From NCBI RefSeq assembly GCF_009914755.1, contig NC_060930.1: 64,000 nt of DNA. The stretch is one strand, 5' to 3'. Source of the DNA: the human T2T-CHM13v2.0 reference genome, Homo sapiens. This document shows, one piece after another, positions 1-15,505 of the stretch. Under the pieces are notes generated by a model that ran no database searches, had not been told where the DNA came from, and saw only the letters and a program-made list of their open reading frames with translations. Each line of letters begins with the position of its first letter. Position 1 is the first letter of the stretch. Both the position numbers and the translations under genes were made by a program.

Positions 1-809
1 AGGCATGTTTCTCACATGATACTGAACATTTAGACCCACATGGTAATTTTAGGATTTGTCTCTTGCAATCGGAACAAAAATGGAAATGTTTCTGATTGTG
101 TTCAGTGGGGCATGAGAGCTTTGCCCTGATCTTTCAAACCCAACACAGTAATCCATGCCAGAATAAGGCCTGCTACTTGAAAGAAAACCCCAAAAAATAT
201 GACTGTGAAAATAAACCTGTTGAGGGAGACACTTCTGAAATGTGGATCAACTCTTTTCCTGCAAGAGTTAGGAAACTGAGCCAGAGGGCCTAGGTGAAAG
301 TGTGAAGAAGTTTTAACAACCAAACCGGAAAAAGAGCGTTGATACACTGGGCCTTGGGAAGACATGCTGTGGAGGCTGTTTACCTCCTTTGACCTTTGAC
401 TTGTGATGTGTGGCCAGTGTCAGCCTCCTATTTGATACCTCACAATTCTTCCAATAAACATAGGGATTGGGGGAGGACGATCATTCCTTGAAGCAGGATT
501 TTGAGAAGTTAGTCCCGGATGCTCAGGGCAATCTAGTAGACAGTCAGCGCTTGTAGCCTGGTAATTACCCTGTAAGGTGATCGATAAAAACCCTGAGGGC
601 AAAGACTCTTCTCCACCCCTCAATTCACTGCACTCAGGTTTCTGCCCCTCAATGCCCCTGAAAAGTGACATTGGTGACCTCCAAAACCATCCCTTGTAGG
701 TCTTTTTTGATTTGAATGGTCTGTATCTTCAATGGGCAATTCCGTTCACACACATGATCTCCAATGTCCTTACACCGGCTGATTCCTAAATGCACGCTCC
801 CAAGACCCT

Positions 810-1620
<811 letters not shown>

Positions 1621-1689
1621 GACTGCCTTGCTTGCTTTATCTTGCTTGTTTGCTTGTTTTTGTTGTCAGATGTAGCATCTCAGTCCTAC

Positions 1690-1860
1690 ATCTGCATCTG
1701 CATTTTAAGAAGATTCCCAGGTGTTTTGAATTCACATTTAAAATCTGAGAAGCACTGATCTAGCACACTGGTTCTCAAGCTTGACTACATATGAACTCAC
1801 CTGAGAAGCTTTTAAAACGTATGATAACTGAGTCCCATTCCCAGAGATTCTAATTGAAAG
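1690..1860. mobile_element. Two abutting MER5-type (hAT-Charlie) fragments
   Basis: 'atctgcattttaagaagattcccaggtg...tgagaagcactg' then 'atctag', then 'cactggttctcaagctt...cccagagattctaatt'. Confidence 0.7.
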
Positions 1861-1861
1861 A

Positions 1862-2825
1862 TTTGTTAGATATGACATCACAAACTTGATTACCGAGGAC
1901 AAGAAAAAATAATTGATACAATTGAATTTTATCAAAGCTAAAATTTTTTGGTATTTGAAAGACGCTATTAAGAGAATGAATAAAGGTGATATTTCTACCT
2001 TCATCAGATGAAAAGGTGATCAACATCATTATTCATTAGAGAAATGCAAGTTAAAACCATGATAAGATACCACTGTACCACTATTAGAATGATTAAAAGT
2101 AAAAAATACACATTTCACCAACTGTTGGCATGGATGTGGAAGAACTAGAATGTTTGTATATTGCTGGTGGAAATATAAAATGCTGCCACCATTATGCAAA
2201 CAGTTCAGCAATTTCTTAAAACATTAAGCCTACACCTACTATGAGACACAGCCATTCTGCTTCTAGGTATTTACTCAAGAGAAAAGGAAACGTATGTGCA
2301 TTCAAAGACTCATACATGGAGGATCATAGTAGCTTTATTTGTAATAGTTCAAAACTAGGGAAAACAAAACAAAACAAAATGTCAATCAGATGAAAGGATA
2401 AACAAGTTGTGGTATCTATGGAACACTACGCAGCACTGAAAAAGAATGCACCATTGGTACAAACAACATAAATGGATCTCAAAGTAATCATGCTCAGTGA
2501 AATAAGCCAAACAAAAAAGAGTATACCATATGATGTCACTTATGTAAAACTTTAGAAAATCAAAACTAATATATTGTGATATAAAGCAGATCGGTGGTTG
2601 CTTGGTGATGGGAAACAAAGAGAGCTGGGAGAGCCTACAGAGACCTGATTAAACTTTTGGGGGTATCACCCAAAAGCTTCACCCACACAGCTAGTGAAGC
2701 TAGATGTTCACTAGCTTGATTCTGAGGATGGTTTGAGCAGGGTACACGTGTCAAAACTTACTAAATTGTACACTTTAAATATGTGCATTGTCCTGCACGT
2801 CAATTACATCTCAGTAAAGCTGTTA
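1862..2825 (+). mobile_element. Ancient L1M (L1MC/L1ME-like) ORF2 end and 3' UTR
   Basis: 'cattagagaaatgcaagttaaaacc...agataccact', 'atgctcagtgaaataagccaaac', ends 'caattacatctcagtaaagctgtt'. Confidence 0.85.
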
Positions 2826-2839
2826 AATCAGTGCTCATG

Positions 2840-3137
<298 letters not shown>

Positions 3138-3853
3138 TTATGTTACAGCCTAGAAATATTAAATCAGCTATATCTTTTGCTCTAAGTATACATTGTTTCC
3201 AGCAATACAAAAATACATATTACACGTCTCCTTGAGTTTCCATATGCCCTCCCACATGATTTCTGTCTAGGAAACTGTCCACGGGTAAAGATTTCAATCA
3301 GTTGTCACTCCCTATGTGAAGTCTTCCTAGGTCCTCCTTTAGTAGCTTGGATGGTTCTGTTCCTTTTACCCTCCTGTATTTCTAACAGTTAATTAAGACC
3401 TTTATGCATCTGCATTTCGTATTAGATAATGATCTTTTTGTGGAAGAGACTTAGAATGATTCATGTAGGAATCAACATTTGCCAAGTGCTAAAAAATGTC
3501 AGTGCACAGAAAGAACTGGGTGACTTTGGCCTGGGCTACCGCATCTGTGAGTAAATAAACTCCGGTTATGTCGAAGGACAAAGAGTTGGTGGGTCAGTTT
3601 CAGGATACCATGGGGTCCCCTAAGTATTGGTGGTCATGAAGAAGACACATTTTATTGCGTTTTTTTAGGCAGCCTTCTTGCCTCAAAAATCAGCAAGATA
3701 ACTAAATAATAGAGACTACTTATAGAGTAGTAGATTGTGTAAGGACTTTTGTCTCTAGCTCAGTTCCCTATTCACTGTTCTTGAATAAATGAATACTGGC
3801 ATAGGCAGCCTTTATAATAAAAAGGTCCCCTATGTACCGTAATGTCTATATTT

Positions 3854-3899
3854 CTCCTATTTGTGAAGCTGAATGCCCTCCTATTTGTGAAGCTGAATG
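3854..3899 (+). repeat. 22-bp perfect direct repeat, 24-bp period
   Basis: ctcctatttgtgaagctgaatg at 3854-3875 and 3878-3899. Confidence 0.95.
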
Positions 3900-4169
3900 A
3901 AATTTGGGGTTGAACTTGACAGTCCCTTCTACCTCATACCTTACCCAAATTAATGCACTGCAAAATCCCATCACCTTTGTTTTCTGTTTTCAATATCTCT
4001 CAAGAACAGACATTCCCCTCCAGGCCCCCACAACCCCACAGGAGCCAGGCCGCCGCTGTGTCTCATCTGGATTGCTTTTCCCTACATCTGTTGGTATGCA
4101 CTCCTTACTTCAAATCAGTTCTAAAAACTGCATCCAAAGTAGTTTTTTTTTCCCCTCCAATCATATATT

Positions 4170-5016
4170 TGTTGATGAAAAGGCAAATTCAAATGTTCGT
4201 AAAATATTTGAGGAGATTTATTGTGAGCCATGTATGGGTGATGACTGCTCTGTGACACAGCCCCAGGAGATCCTGAGAACATCTCCCCAGATGGTTGGGA
4301 TATAGCATGGTTTTATACATTTTAGGGAGCTATAAGACATCAATCAATACATGAAAGATGTACATTTATTTGGTCCAGAAAGTTAGGACAATTTGAAGGG
4401 GTTGGAGAGCTGGGGCTTCCAGGTCATAGTTGGATTCAGAGATTTTCTGATGGGCAATTGGTTGAAAGAGTTATTATCTGAAGGCCTAGAATCAATAGAA
4501 AGGAAGGTCTGGGTTAAGATAAGGGGTTGTAGAGACCAGAGTTTTATCATGCAGATGAAACCTCCAGGCAGCAGGCTTCAGAGCTCTTATCAGACCCAAA
4601 AAGGTTCCAGACTCTTAGTTAATTCTCTCCTGAATCAGGGAAAAGACCTGGAATGAGAAGGGAATTCTCTGCAGAATGTAGATTTTCCCTACAAGAGACA
4701 AACTTGCAGGACCGTTTCAAAATTTGTCAAAGAAATATATTTTGGGTTAAAATACTTTGATTTCTTTCAGGTCCTGCTAGGTGTCATGTTGGTATCTTAT
4801 TGCTACAAAGAGTTTGCTTTGTCGGTCTTAATGTCCGCTTTAATGTTAAGGTTGGTTGGCTTCCTTCCAAAGGGAGGACGGTATAATGAGGCATGTCTGG
4901 CCACCCATTCTCATCATGGCTTGAACTAGTTTCAAGTTTACTATAAAATGCCCTCGGCCCAGAGGAGGGGTCCATTCACTTAGTTAGGGGGCTTAGAATT
5001 TTATTTTTGGTTTATA
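4170..5016 (-). mobile_element. MER4-family ERV1 solo LTR
   Basis: Right end 'ggggcttagaattttatttttggtttata' is the reverse complement of the MER4 start TGTAAACCAAAAATAAAATTCTAAGCCCC; left end 'tgttgatgaaaag'. Confidence 0.85.
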
Positions 5017-5237
5017 AATATGACAACATACCCCTTCTCTAACCTAGAGATGAAAGTTTGGAATGGGGAAAATATCTAGCAGCTTTCATGAAGTTCATTA
5101 TTTTCATCATGATCATTACTATGGCCTCAAGAAAACTATATTACATAGATCATTTTGAAGTAAAAAACAAAAAAATAAAATAAAAACAAACACTGCTATT
5201 CATCTTAGCATATAATGAGTTAAAAATTCCCATGATT

Positions 5238-5544
<307 letters not shown>

Positions 5545-5659
5545 TTACCATGATTGAGGACAATTGAGTCCTCACTCATGGTAAAAAAACAAGTGTTTTT
5601 TAAACACTTAGGACACATGAGCCCTTAACGCACAAAGTCTTCTCAATACTCATCTAAGG

Positions 5660-5790
5660 CAAGTCCTTAATCCTATTTTGCAGGTGAGGCCACAGTAGCT
5701 CTGCCTTGTTAAAGAACTTGTCTCTGATCACATAGCTAGCAAGTGGCAGAACTGAAGTAGAACCCAGAAAGCCACTCAGTCTGGAGTCTG
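5660..5790 (-). mobile_element. MIR fragment
   Basis: 'cctattttgcaggtgagg...atcacatagctagcaagtggcagaactg'. Confidence 0.7.
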
Positions 5791-6384
5791 AATTCTAGAT
5801 CACTATATGCATGGTCCTCAGCCCCACCTGACTCGGCATTCTGTTTAATAATAGATAATGTGAAATCCCTGCTTTATCATCGTGAAATACAATGTATAGA
5901 TAATATAAGTTGCCAAAAATGAAATTAAAATTAGTATTAGCTGTGAGTGAAATGTAAAAAAACAATAAAAGGAAAACATTGACAATAAAATAATGTGCAC
6001 GTTATTATGTAAATGTTTGGGCACAAGCTTGCTAGAAGATGTAACAAGGAAGTAGATATTTGCCGCTGAAATTCCCTAAACATGACAGCTTTAAATAAGA
6101 ATGACACAGATGGGCTTTATTGGTAGCGTTATGGTCAGTGATGTGATATTCTAAAATAGTGAGAAAAACCTTGGTACTTTTCCAGATGAAACAAAGTGAC
6201 CTCCTTTCTCAATTTTTGTGGCAAATGTGTTCCAAGAAACTTCAATGTAAATTAAAACTGAGTAAAAGCAACAACAACGGCACCAACTTTTGGTTCATGT
6301 GTTACCCAAATTAGGATCTAGTTTCAGATAAACAGATGTTCATCTACATGAATTTTCAGCAAGACAAACGGAAGTCATGGGATA

Positions 6385-6635
6385 CACAGGCACGTCCTTC
6401 TAGGGCTAGACTGAATCACACAGTGTCTTTGTAATTAAATCCTCTTGCTTCTGCTCACGAAACCCTACAGGTTGAGTATCCCTTATCTGAAATGCTTGGG
6501 ACCAGAAGTGTTTCAAATTTCAGATATTTTCAGATTTGGGATGCTCAACCATGTCAGCATCACTCCAATCATTGTGACAACCAATGACTCCCCCACAAAT
6601 GTCCAAAATGTCCCGGGAGCAGTGCAACCTCCATA
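6385..6635. mobile_element. MER20-like hAT element split by a mini-Tigger
   Basis: 'attgtgacaaccaatgactcccccacaaatgtccaaaatgtccc' resembles the MER20 3' half. Confidence 0.55.
6468..6552 (+). mobile_element. Internally deleted Tigger4/MER46 (Zombi) MITE
   Basis: TA followed by caggttgagtatccc at left and gggatgctcaacc at right (TIRs); internal 'gaaatgcttgggaccagaagtgttt'. Confidence 0.8.
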
Positions 6636-7323
6636 GTCACTCTCCTATGACCTCATGAAGCATTTGTCCCTCTTGATAAAAAATAATCAAATTTCTTACT
6701 TTTTAACTCAGAACCACAGGCTCATCAATCATACAAACAGCATTGTATTATTTAAAATAATGAACATCTATTGTACAAATAGGACTAAGAAGGGATTCAA
6801 GTTTAACTAGAAATCGATATTATTAATACAAGAAAATGTACCTCTTATTCAGAGACCACTATTACCTTTTATCGTCTAAGCAGCCTCTTTGGAAAAGAGT
6901 AAAGTCTAATAATCAACAGGCATACACAGCTCACAGAGACAGACAGGTTACTTAGAACTTTTAAAATGTTTTATGTTTTCTATTAAATATAGTTTTTGAG
7001 TCAATATATAACGTTGAAAAGTTGATTATTCGAGGGTGCTCTGCCACGCTTGACTGAATCAGTATCATTTGGTTTGATCCACAGAAAATTTCTTTTAGCA
7101 AAGTCATTCTTTCACAGATCACGTCTCTTTATACTTCCTAGCATGAAAAGCCATGTATCCATTGCTTTGAAAAATGATGTCTATTGTTTCTGTTTTATAA
7201 TAAAAGCATGTGTATGCTTATGTATGTATACTTCTACATCCATGTATAGCAAAACAAACTTTGTAAATAATTGTGATTTTAGTGTATAGTGAATAAATGT
7301 CAAAAAACTTTGTATAATCATTT

Positions 7324-8035
<712 letters not shown>

Positions 8036-8064
8036 GCTTCATTTGATCCATACGACAGTCCCAA

Positions 8065-8210
8065 AACGTGGATATTAGTAACCTCCTGCTACCAATGAGA
8101 AACTGATACTCAGAGAAGATAGGCAGTTCCTCCAAGTCCTTCAACCAGGACACAGGCAAACCACCGTTCCAAGCCAGCTACGGCTGGCTTTGCAGCATGT
8201 GGCTTTTCCA
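8065..8210 (-). mobile_element. MIR fragment
   Basis: 'aatgagaaactgatactcagagaagataggcagttcctccaag'. Confidence 0.6.
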
Positions 8211-11103
8211 TTAGGCTTCACAAATAAATTCAATAACGCTCAATTGGACTAGGGATACTAATTCATCTCACTAAAGGTAAATTAGAAGAAACGGAACCCT
8301 TACAGTGGACCCTAAAACTCATGAAAGCACACCTGCTTGGATAATGTTCAACCACCCACCTCAAACTACCTGCAACGTACCTCTGAAGAACCAGGATGCT
8401 CCAAGCAAACAATTTTCGAACCAGTATTCTAGAGCTCAAAAGAGAAGCTAAGATGAATGATCTTATCTTTGGAAGTAAAAAAAATAAGCTCTTCACCTGT
8501 TAGAACTTTAAAAACTATAGTTATAAAGACTTTAAAATACAGAAAAAAACTCATTTAATAGAAAACATTAGGATTCCAACTTATATGTATTCAATGATTA
8601 AAAAAATACAAACTCATAGAAGAGGGAAAAAAAGGTAAAACTCAAAGTGCCAGTGTTTATGTTTCAAAAACTAGAGTAGTGTTAGTATCTATTAGGTTCC
8701 AGCCTCTCTTTACACTTTAAACTGACTTACATCTCATAGGAGTGCTCAGAAATTGGTGCTATGTTGTTCATTTTGCAGATCCAGAATTTAGGACGAGGCT
8801 AGTTATTTGTACAAATATTACACAATGTAACAGAACTAGGGCATAAATCCAATTCTGCCACCCAAAAGTCTATGCTCAAAATAACTTGAATTGTGGGCAA
8901 TTGTCTTTCCCTTCACTATTGTCTTGTATTTAAAGAGGATTATATTATATTTCTAATAAAAATGACTTATAACAATGGGTGTATTTTAGATAAAATAAAA
9001 AAGAAACTCTGCATCCCATAACTGACTTGCAATAGTGAATTACTTAGGTTCTACATGAAATGCAAAACAGAAGAGCATACATTCATCCATTGAATTTGTT
9101 TCATGGAGAACTTTTAGTCCAGTTAATTCTGACAAAAAGTAGAATTGAAAAGAAACACCCGTTCACAGGTTGGCTAATAAGAAAACCATTTTTTACAAGT
9201 GCTAATTAATTAATGCAAGGTACTTAGTGCCTAGCACGTCATAAGTGCTTATAAGTGTACTTTGCTATGACTGATTACAATTATATAATGGGAGCTCAAT
9301 CAGTGGTTCTTGTTTTGAGGATGACTTTTCTGTGGTTGAACAGTTGTTGCCTATTTCTTCCCATCTGAAGAAACCATCTGTGTCCTAAATAAAACAATGA
9401 TCCTTTAACAGATCCTAAATAGTTTTAAGCTCAAGCGATAAACTCATGGGAAAATTATACGTCCAAAAGTTTAATTTGTATTCTATAGACAAAATGACTG
9501 ATTGGCAGAATATTTTGCAGAATTTTGGCAAGTAGCAAATTCTTTGAAAAGAATTTCAAGATGGCTATGCCATCACATGGTTCTTAAAATACAAATGCAC
9601 ACAAGTGGGTCTTTCTTCTGGTAAAAGCCACACATAAGAAATAGACATATGATAATATGCTTGGAATGTGACCTTACAGTAAAAATGCCTTCTTTTTATC
9701 ACCAGTTTGTAATTTTGAAAACAAAATGCACCATTTCACAACAGGAAAGCACTGGGGATGATGAGGAGCATAAAATATGTTCAAACAAATTAAGCTTGTT
9801 TAATATGTTTTGACTCTTCCATTTTTGTTTTCTCCTCTTGAACTACATGCTTTTTGTTTGTAGCTGTTGCACAGGAAAAAACGAGTGCCTTATATGCGTG
9901 AGAGATCTGTCATATGATTACCTGGAGGAAATTAAAATGATGCACAATGTAATAAGGCAAATGGAATGTTGAGCGATTATTCAGGAAATCTGATTGGCCA
10001 ACGTACAGGGTAGTAATTCCTTAGACATTCCATTCTCAGAGAGATCTTGTACTTCCCACAGAGATGTGAAAAAATCCCCTTGCCTATAGAACCGCCATGG
10101 GAAGTCAATGCAAATCAGTGTATTTCCTCTTGTTCTGCGTAAAGGAACCTGAAGGGCAAAGAACATGTGTCACAAAAGCACCGTGGGAGCCTATCATTAT
10201 TACTACTAATAAGAATAAATGGAACCTTTGCATACATAAACAAATCGTAAGAGGTATATATTTTTCCTTAGCTTTTAAAATCAATGGTATCAGGGCATTT
10301 TCTTGGGATTAATCTACTGGGGTTTTTTGCTACTTTGAAATGAACAAAGTTGAGTCAGTCATTAATCCCCAAGAAATTCTGTGCCTCTCTGTCACCGGAC
10401 TGACATGTGGATTGTTGCTCCCCTTTGGACTCAAACGAGGTGCTCCAAAAACTCTAGCCTGATCACAGAATTAAAAAACAAAACAAAATAAAAAAAAACA
10501 GCAAAGGTACTCCCCAGCTTCTGGGGTTATTTCTTGGAGTTCAGAACGTAAATAAAATTTACTAAGTATGATTTTGTATTAAGAACCTTTCAGGGCTTCT
10601 AGTAGCTGCAATTCTAACATTTTGTGAAGAGTAGATTTGCAGCTGCCAACCTGCCCAGGCACCTTTTGCTTCAGTAGGCAGTAGAATAATTCCCAGAGGA
10701 TCAAAAGCAAACACATTATGTGGCTTTTTGCCGAATGTGTATTCACTGCCAGGCATCAACCCTCACCTGGGGGAAAAAAGAAATCTCTATTATGGAAGAA
10801 TATATCACCAGTAGCAACTGTTCTCACAGAGGTGGACATACACGGGTGTGAGTATTGACTCATCAGAATACAGGTGTGGTGGGAGAACAATTATAATTCA
10901 GGTAATAGCTAAACATGAATTTTAATGAGGATATTCAATAGTCATTAAATATGGCACTAGACATGGGGATTAAAGGTTGGTGTTTCTATGTGAACATTGC
11001 ATGAGTTATTTTAGTTCTAATTATTAGAAGAATAACTAGAATTAATAGATATGTCTGTACTAGTAAAATTATTTAGTTTTTTTGATAATTCTTTGAATCC
11101 ATT

Positions 11104-11658
11104 TGTCAGAGGTGTCTGAACCAAAGCAACTCCATCTTGAATAGGGGCTAGGTAAAATGAGCCTGAGACCTACTGGGCTTCAATCTCAGATGGTTAAGGT
11201 ATTCTAAGTCACAGGATGAGATAGGAGGTCGGCACAAGATACAGGTTATAAAGACCTTGCTGATAAAACAGGTTTGCAGTAAAGGAGCCAGCCGAATCCC
11301 ACCAAAACCAAGATGGCGATGAGAGTGACCTCTGGTCGTCTTCACTGCTACACTCCCACCAGCCCCATGACAGTTTACAAATGCCATAGCTGCATCAGGA
11401 AGTTACCCTATATGGTCTAAAAAGGGGAGGCATGAATAATTCACCCCTTGTTTAACATTTAATCAAGAAATAACCATAAAAGTGGGCAACTAGCAGCAGC
11501 ACTCGGGGCTGCCCTGCCTATGGAGTAACCATTCTTTCTTCCTTTACTTTCTTAGTACTTGCTTTCACTTTACTGTATGGATTCACCTCGAATTCTTTCT
11601 TGTGAAAGATCCAAGAACCCTCTCTTGGGGTCTGGATTGGGACACCTTTCCAGTAACA
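11104..11658 (+). mobile_element. MER41A ERV1 solo LTR, full length (555 bp)
   Basis: tgtcagagg...cagtaaca termini; exact 4-bp TSD CATT at 11100-11103 and 11659-11662; 'aaaaaggggaggcatgaataat' junction is the MER41A type. Confidence 0.92.
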
Positions 11659-12097
11659 CATTTATTAAAGATTAGCGAATTTGCAGATTCACTAAAAATA
11701 GAAAGTACTATTTTTCTGTTACATTGATGCAATAACTAATTTGGTTGTTAAAAGTTTCTAACTATAAAACAGTTTACAAGAAGGAACTCACTGTGGAATC
11801 TGTGATTCTCCTCCCCAAACCCCACGAACCTTTCTCTCATGAGAATTTTTTCTTTTGAACTAAAGTGCCCAGACACAAGTCCCCGCAAGAGGTCAAACGC
11901 TAATAATGAGAATAGATGCAAAAGCTGAGGTCATAGACCGATTATTTTTTACATACCATTACTAAAAATGCCAGTTTTGAAAGGGTTTCACCTGTTGTTT
12001 TCTTTATTGTTCAGGGTACACCTACCAAAGGCAGGAAAATCTAAAAACTCTTGTGTTTCCTCAAAGACAATGTGGCAAAAAAGAAAGGAGATTTTCT

Positions 12098-12433
<336 letters not shown>

Positions 12434-13175
12434 AGAAAGTAGATTTTCTGTGAAAGTAATTCACCTACCCCACAATCTATTTCCTACCTGTAAGATCTCT
12501 CTTGATTTTAGTTATGTGCTCTAAAAACTTACTGATAGCACTAGCTTGGACTTTTTTGGCATTTTGTAGTTTTCAAACACTTTCTTATGTAATCTCAAAT
12601 ATCCTCATCCCCATTTTTCTGATGAGGAAACTATAATGAGGGAAAACTAGAAAACTCCCTAACATCTAAAAAAGTGAAAGGTGATTAATTAGATGTACGT
12701 CAGGTGAAAATTTTTCCCGTAATTTTCTCATTAGACCAGGCTCCTTCTCTCACCTTTGGGAAGATAGTAGTGCAGGACCCAGGCTTTTACAAACTTTCCT
12801 CCTACTCCAAATCTTGTGATGGAGATGGAAAAGGGGAACAGATTCATTAAAGGTTGAGGAAAAGAAAAATTGTTCAATGTTTTACACATTTTCAAAAACA
12901 ATTAGAAGCAGACAATTGGGAGGGTTATGTGAGACAAAAAGAATAGATTTAAATTGACCTACAACTTGAAAAGAACTTAACAATTGCTCTAAAACCATAG
13001 TTATGACTAAAAGAACTTGAACATATACTTCCCCTGTTTTTTTTTTTCCTTATTTTCCCCTTGTACTAATCAATGACATCAACAACCACCTGATTCTCAG
13101 GATAGAGATATTCATATTTTCTTCAATGATTTCCTCTTCTTCTGCTCCTGTTTATTGTACTCAGTCAGTTACCAT

Positions 13176-13535
13176 GTGTCTTAATCCATTCAGACTGCTA
13201 TAAAAAATACCATAGACTGAGTGGCTTATAAACCACAGAAATTCATTGCTCACAGTTCTAGAGGCTGGGAAGTCCAAGATCAAGGAACTGGCAGATTCCG
13301 TGTCTGGTGAGGGTCTGTTTCCTAGATCATAGGTGCTACCTTCTTGCTGTGCCCTCACACTGTGGAAGAAGGAAGGCAGATCTCCAGGGTCTCTTTATTA
13401 AGGGCACTAATCCCATTCAAGAGCGCTCCACCCCATGACCTAATCACCTCTTAATGACCGCACCTCCTAATAGACTTGCACTGGGGATTAGCAACACAGG
13501 AATTTTGGGAGAACAAAAATATTCAGGCTGTAGCA
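13176..13535 (-). mobile_element. MLT1A/MLT1A0 MaLR solo LTR within an L2 remnant
   Basis: 'tgtgtcttaatccattcagactgctata...ggctgggaagtccaagatcaagg...attcaggctgtagca'. Confidence 0.88.
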
Positions 13536-13747
13536 CGAGGCTTTGCTATTTCTTGTCACTTATCCCTCTGACTTTGAAGACCCATTAGTAATATCCAGGA
13601 TTAATCCTTCAGTATTTCCCATCTGAACAATTGAGGTAAGCCTCCTGTGCATTCTATGCTTCAAGCCTGCCACCAGTCACTTTCCTAAAGTCCAGATCAA
13701 ACCATGACGTGATGTGGGAACTATCATGGCATGGTTTGACCTAGGGC

Positions 13748-13928
13748 AGTGGTTTCCAAATGACAGTGCATCAGAAGCTACAGGAGATCTCGTTAACACA
13801 GATTTCTTGGCCCAACCCCCAGAGTTTCTGATTTAATTGGCCTGAGTGGGAGCCTAAGAACTGCATTTTAACAAGTTCTCAAGTGATGCTAATGGTACTG
13901 GTCCCAAGACCACACCAGGAGAACTATT
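13748..13928. mobile_element. MER5A DNA transposon
   Basis: 'cagtggtttccaaa...cccagagtttctgatt...ctgcattttaacaagttctcaagtgat...gagaactatt', preceded by 'cctaggg'. Confidence 0.85.
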
Positions 13929-14089
13929 TACCTTGAAAACTACATCCTAATCCCTAACCCCAATTGACATTTTAAGCCTCAGCCCTCACTAAGTCAATTC
14001 ATAATTAATATAATGGAGCCTAGTAGGGTACTTTCCATTTGTGTGATACGTCATACAGTTTAACACAGTAATATCGCTTATTTAGATAG

Positions 14090-14290
14090 CCCCAGGGTCA
14101 GATGTCTGGGATTCTAGAGCTGCCTCTAGCCTCTAACAGCAGCATGACCTTGAGTGGTTTATTCATTCGTTTTCATCTGAGCTTTCTCAACTGCACAAAA
14201 GAGATAATAGTACAGACCGAGCTAAAATGAGAATCAGTACTCAGTGCCTTGTAAGCATTCAATTAGCGTTGGCTGCTGTTATTATTTATA
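14090..14290 (+). mobile_element. MIR
   Basis: 'catgaccttgagtggttt...tctgagctttctcaactgcacaaaagagataatagtac'. Confidence 0.7.
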
Positions 14291-15290
14291 TTTGAGATGC
14301 CTTTTAGATGCCAAGCCTTGAGCCATTTTCCTTCAGATGTTTTAGTTCTAATTCTTACCATACTTCTGTAATGTAGGTGTTGCTTCCCCCATTTTAATAG
14401 AGAAAGCTCCCAGAAGTTAAAATTATATCTCATTTATCTGATTCTAAAGATGTGTCTTTTTCATGAATCTTTTTGACCATTTTCTATCTTTGATCTTGGC
14501 ATTCCCCATTTTGCATTCCTCATAATTCTGTACATCACAAGATCAATCAAGTAGAGTTCTTCAATTTGGGCATCCCTGAATAGTGCTTTGCTGCACTTCT
14601 GCTATAGCATGCCTTCATTCTGTCTCGGTGCCCTGTCTAGCCAAACCAGTATATAAGAAACTTTCTGGCAGCTTCGTTTCCTGGGAAACCTTCACCTCTT
14701 ACAGTGATGAAATGAGGACTCTGCTTAGCATCAGTTCTCAAATGCCTGATGAATTTGAAAACCAAATTATAACAAAAATATAAATTAAAATTAAGCTTTA
14801 TATGGACTCTCCGTTCACACTTTTGATTCTAATAACCTGAGATGAAATTAACAGTGAAATTTTTTAAATGGCTAAATTCTGCTAAGTTATTTAACTTGGA
14901 CACATCTAGTAGAATTCAGCCAATTCAAAATCAGCCATCGTGTCAATGGGGGTTTATATATCCCTTCCTCAATCTCTGCGTATGGCTAGTTAAAGTGAAA
15001 GCAAAGTGAAGTTAATCCCCAAAACAGCAATCTCTATTTCTATTCTAGATATCAAACATGAATACATATGTAAAAGTAAAAATTATTGCCCATAATTTTT
15101 TGCATGTATCTGTTGAAAGTGTTTGTTGGACAGTTGTAAGCATTTCTCTTGTTTTTAAGTAGCAATAGATACATAATTTCTTCATATTTACTGCTTTAGG
15201 ATACATGCTTTAAACACAAAATTTTTGATTTTTAAAATTTTCAAGTTATTATATCTAAAGAACTAGTTCAGAATTCACATCTCTCAAAAC

Positions 15291-15505
15291 ATATATATAT
15301 AATCTGTGTATATATTAAATATATATCTGTATATATGTATAATATATATCTGTATATATGTATAATATATATCTGTATATATATATAATATATATCTGTA
15401 TATATGTGTAATATATATCTGTATATATGTATAATATATATCTGAATATATTTATTATATATCTATATATGGATAATATATATCTGCATAATACATAGCT
15501 GCATA

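Noticed and set aside
3904-4656. 133-, 100- and 87-aa ORFs
   Set aside because: No recognisable domain or splice context; they run into or lie within the MER4 LTR
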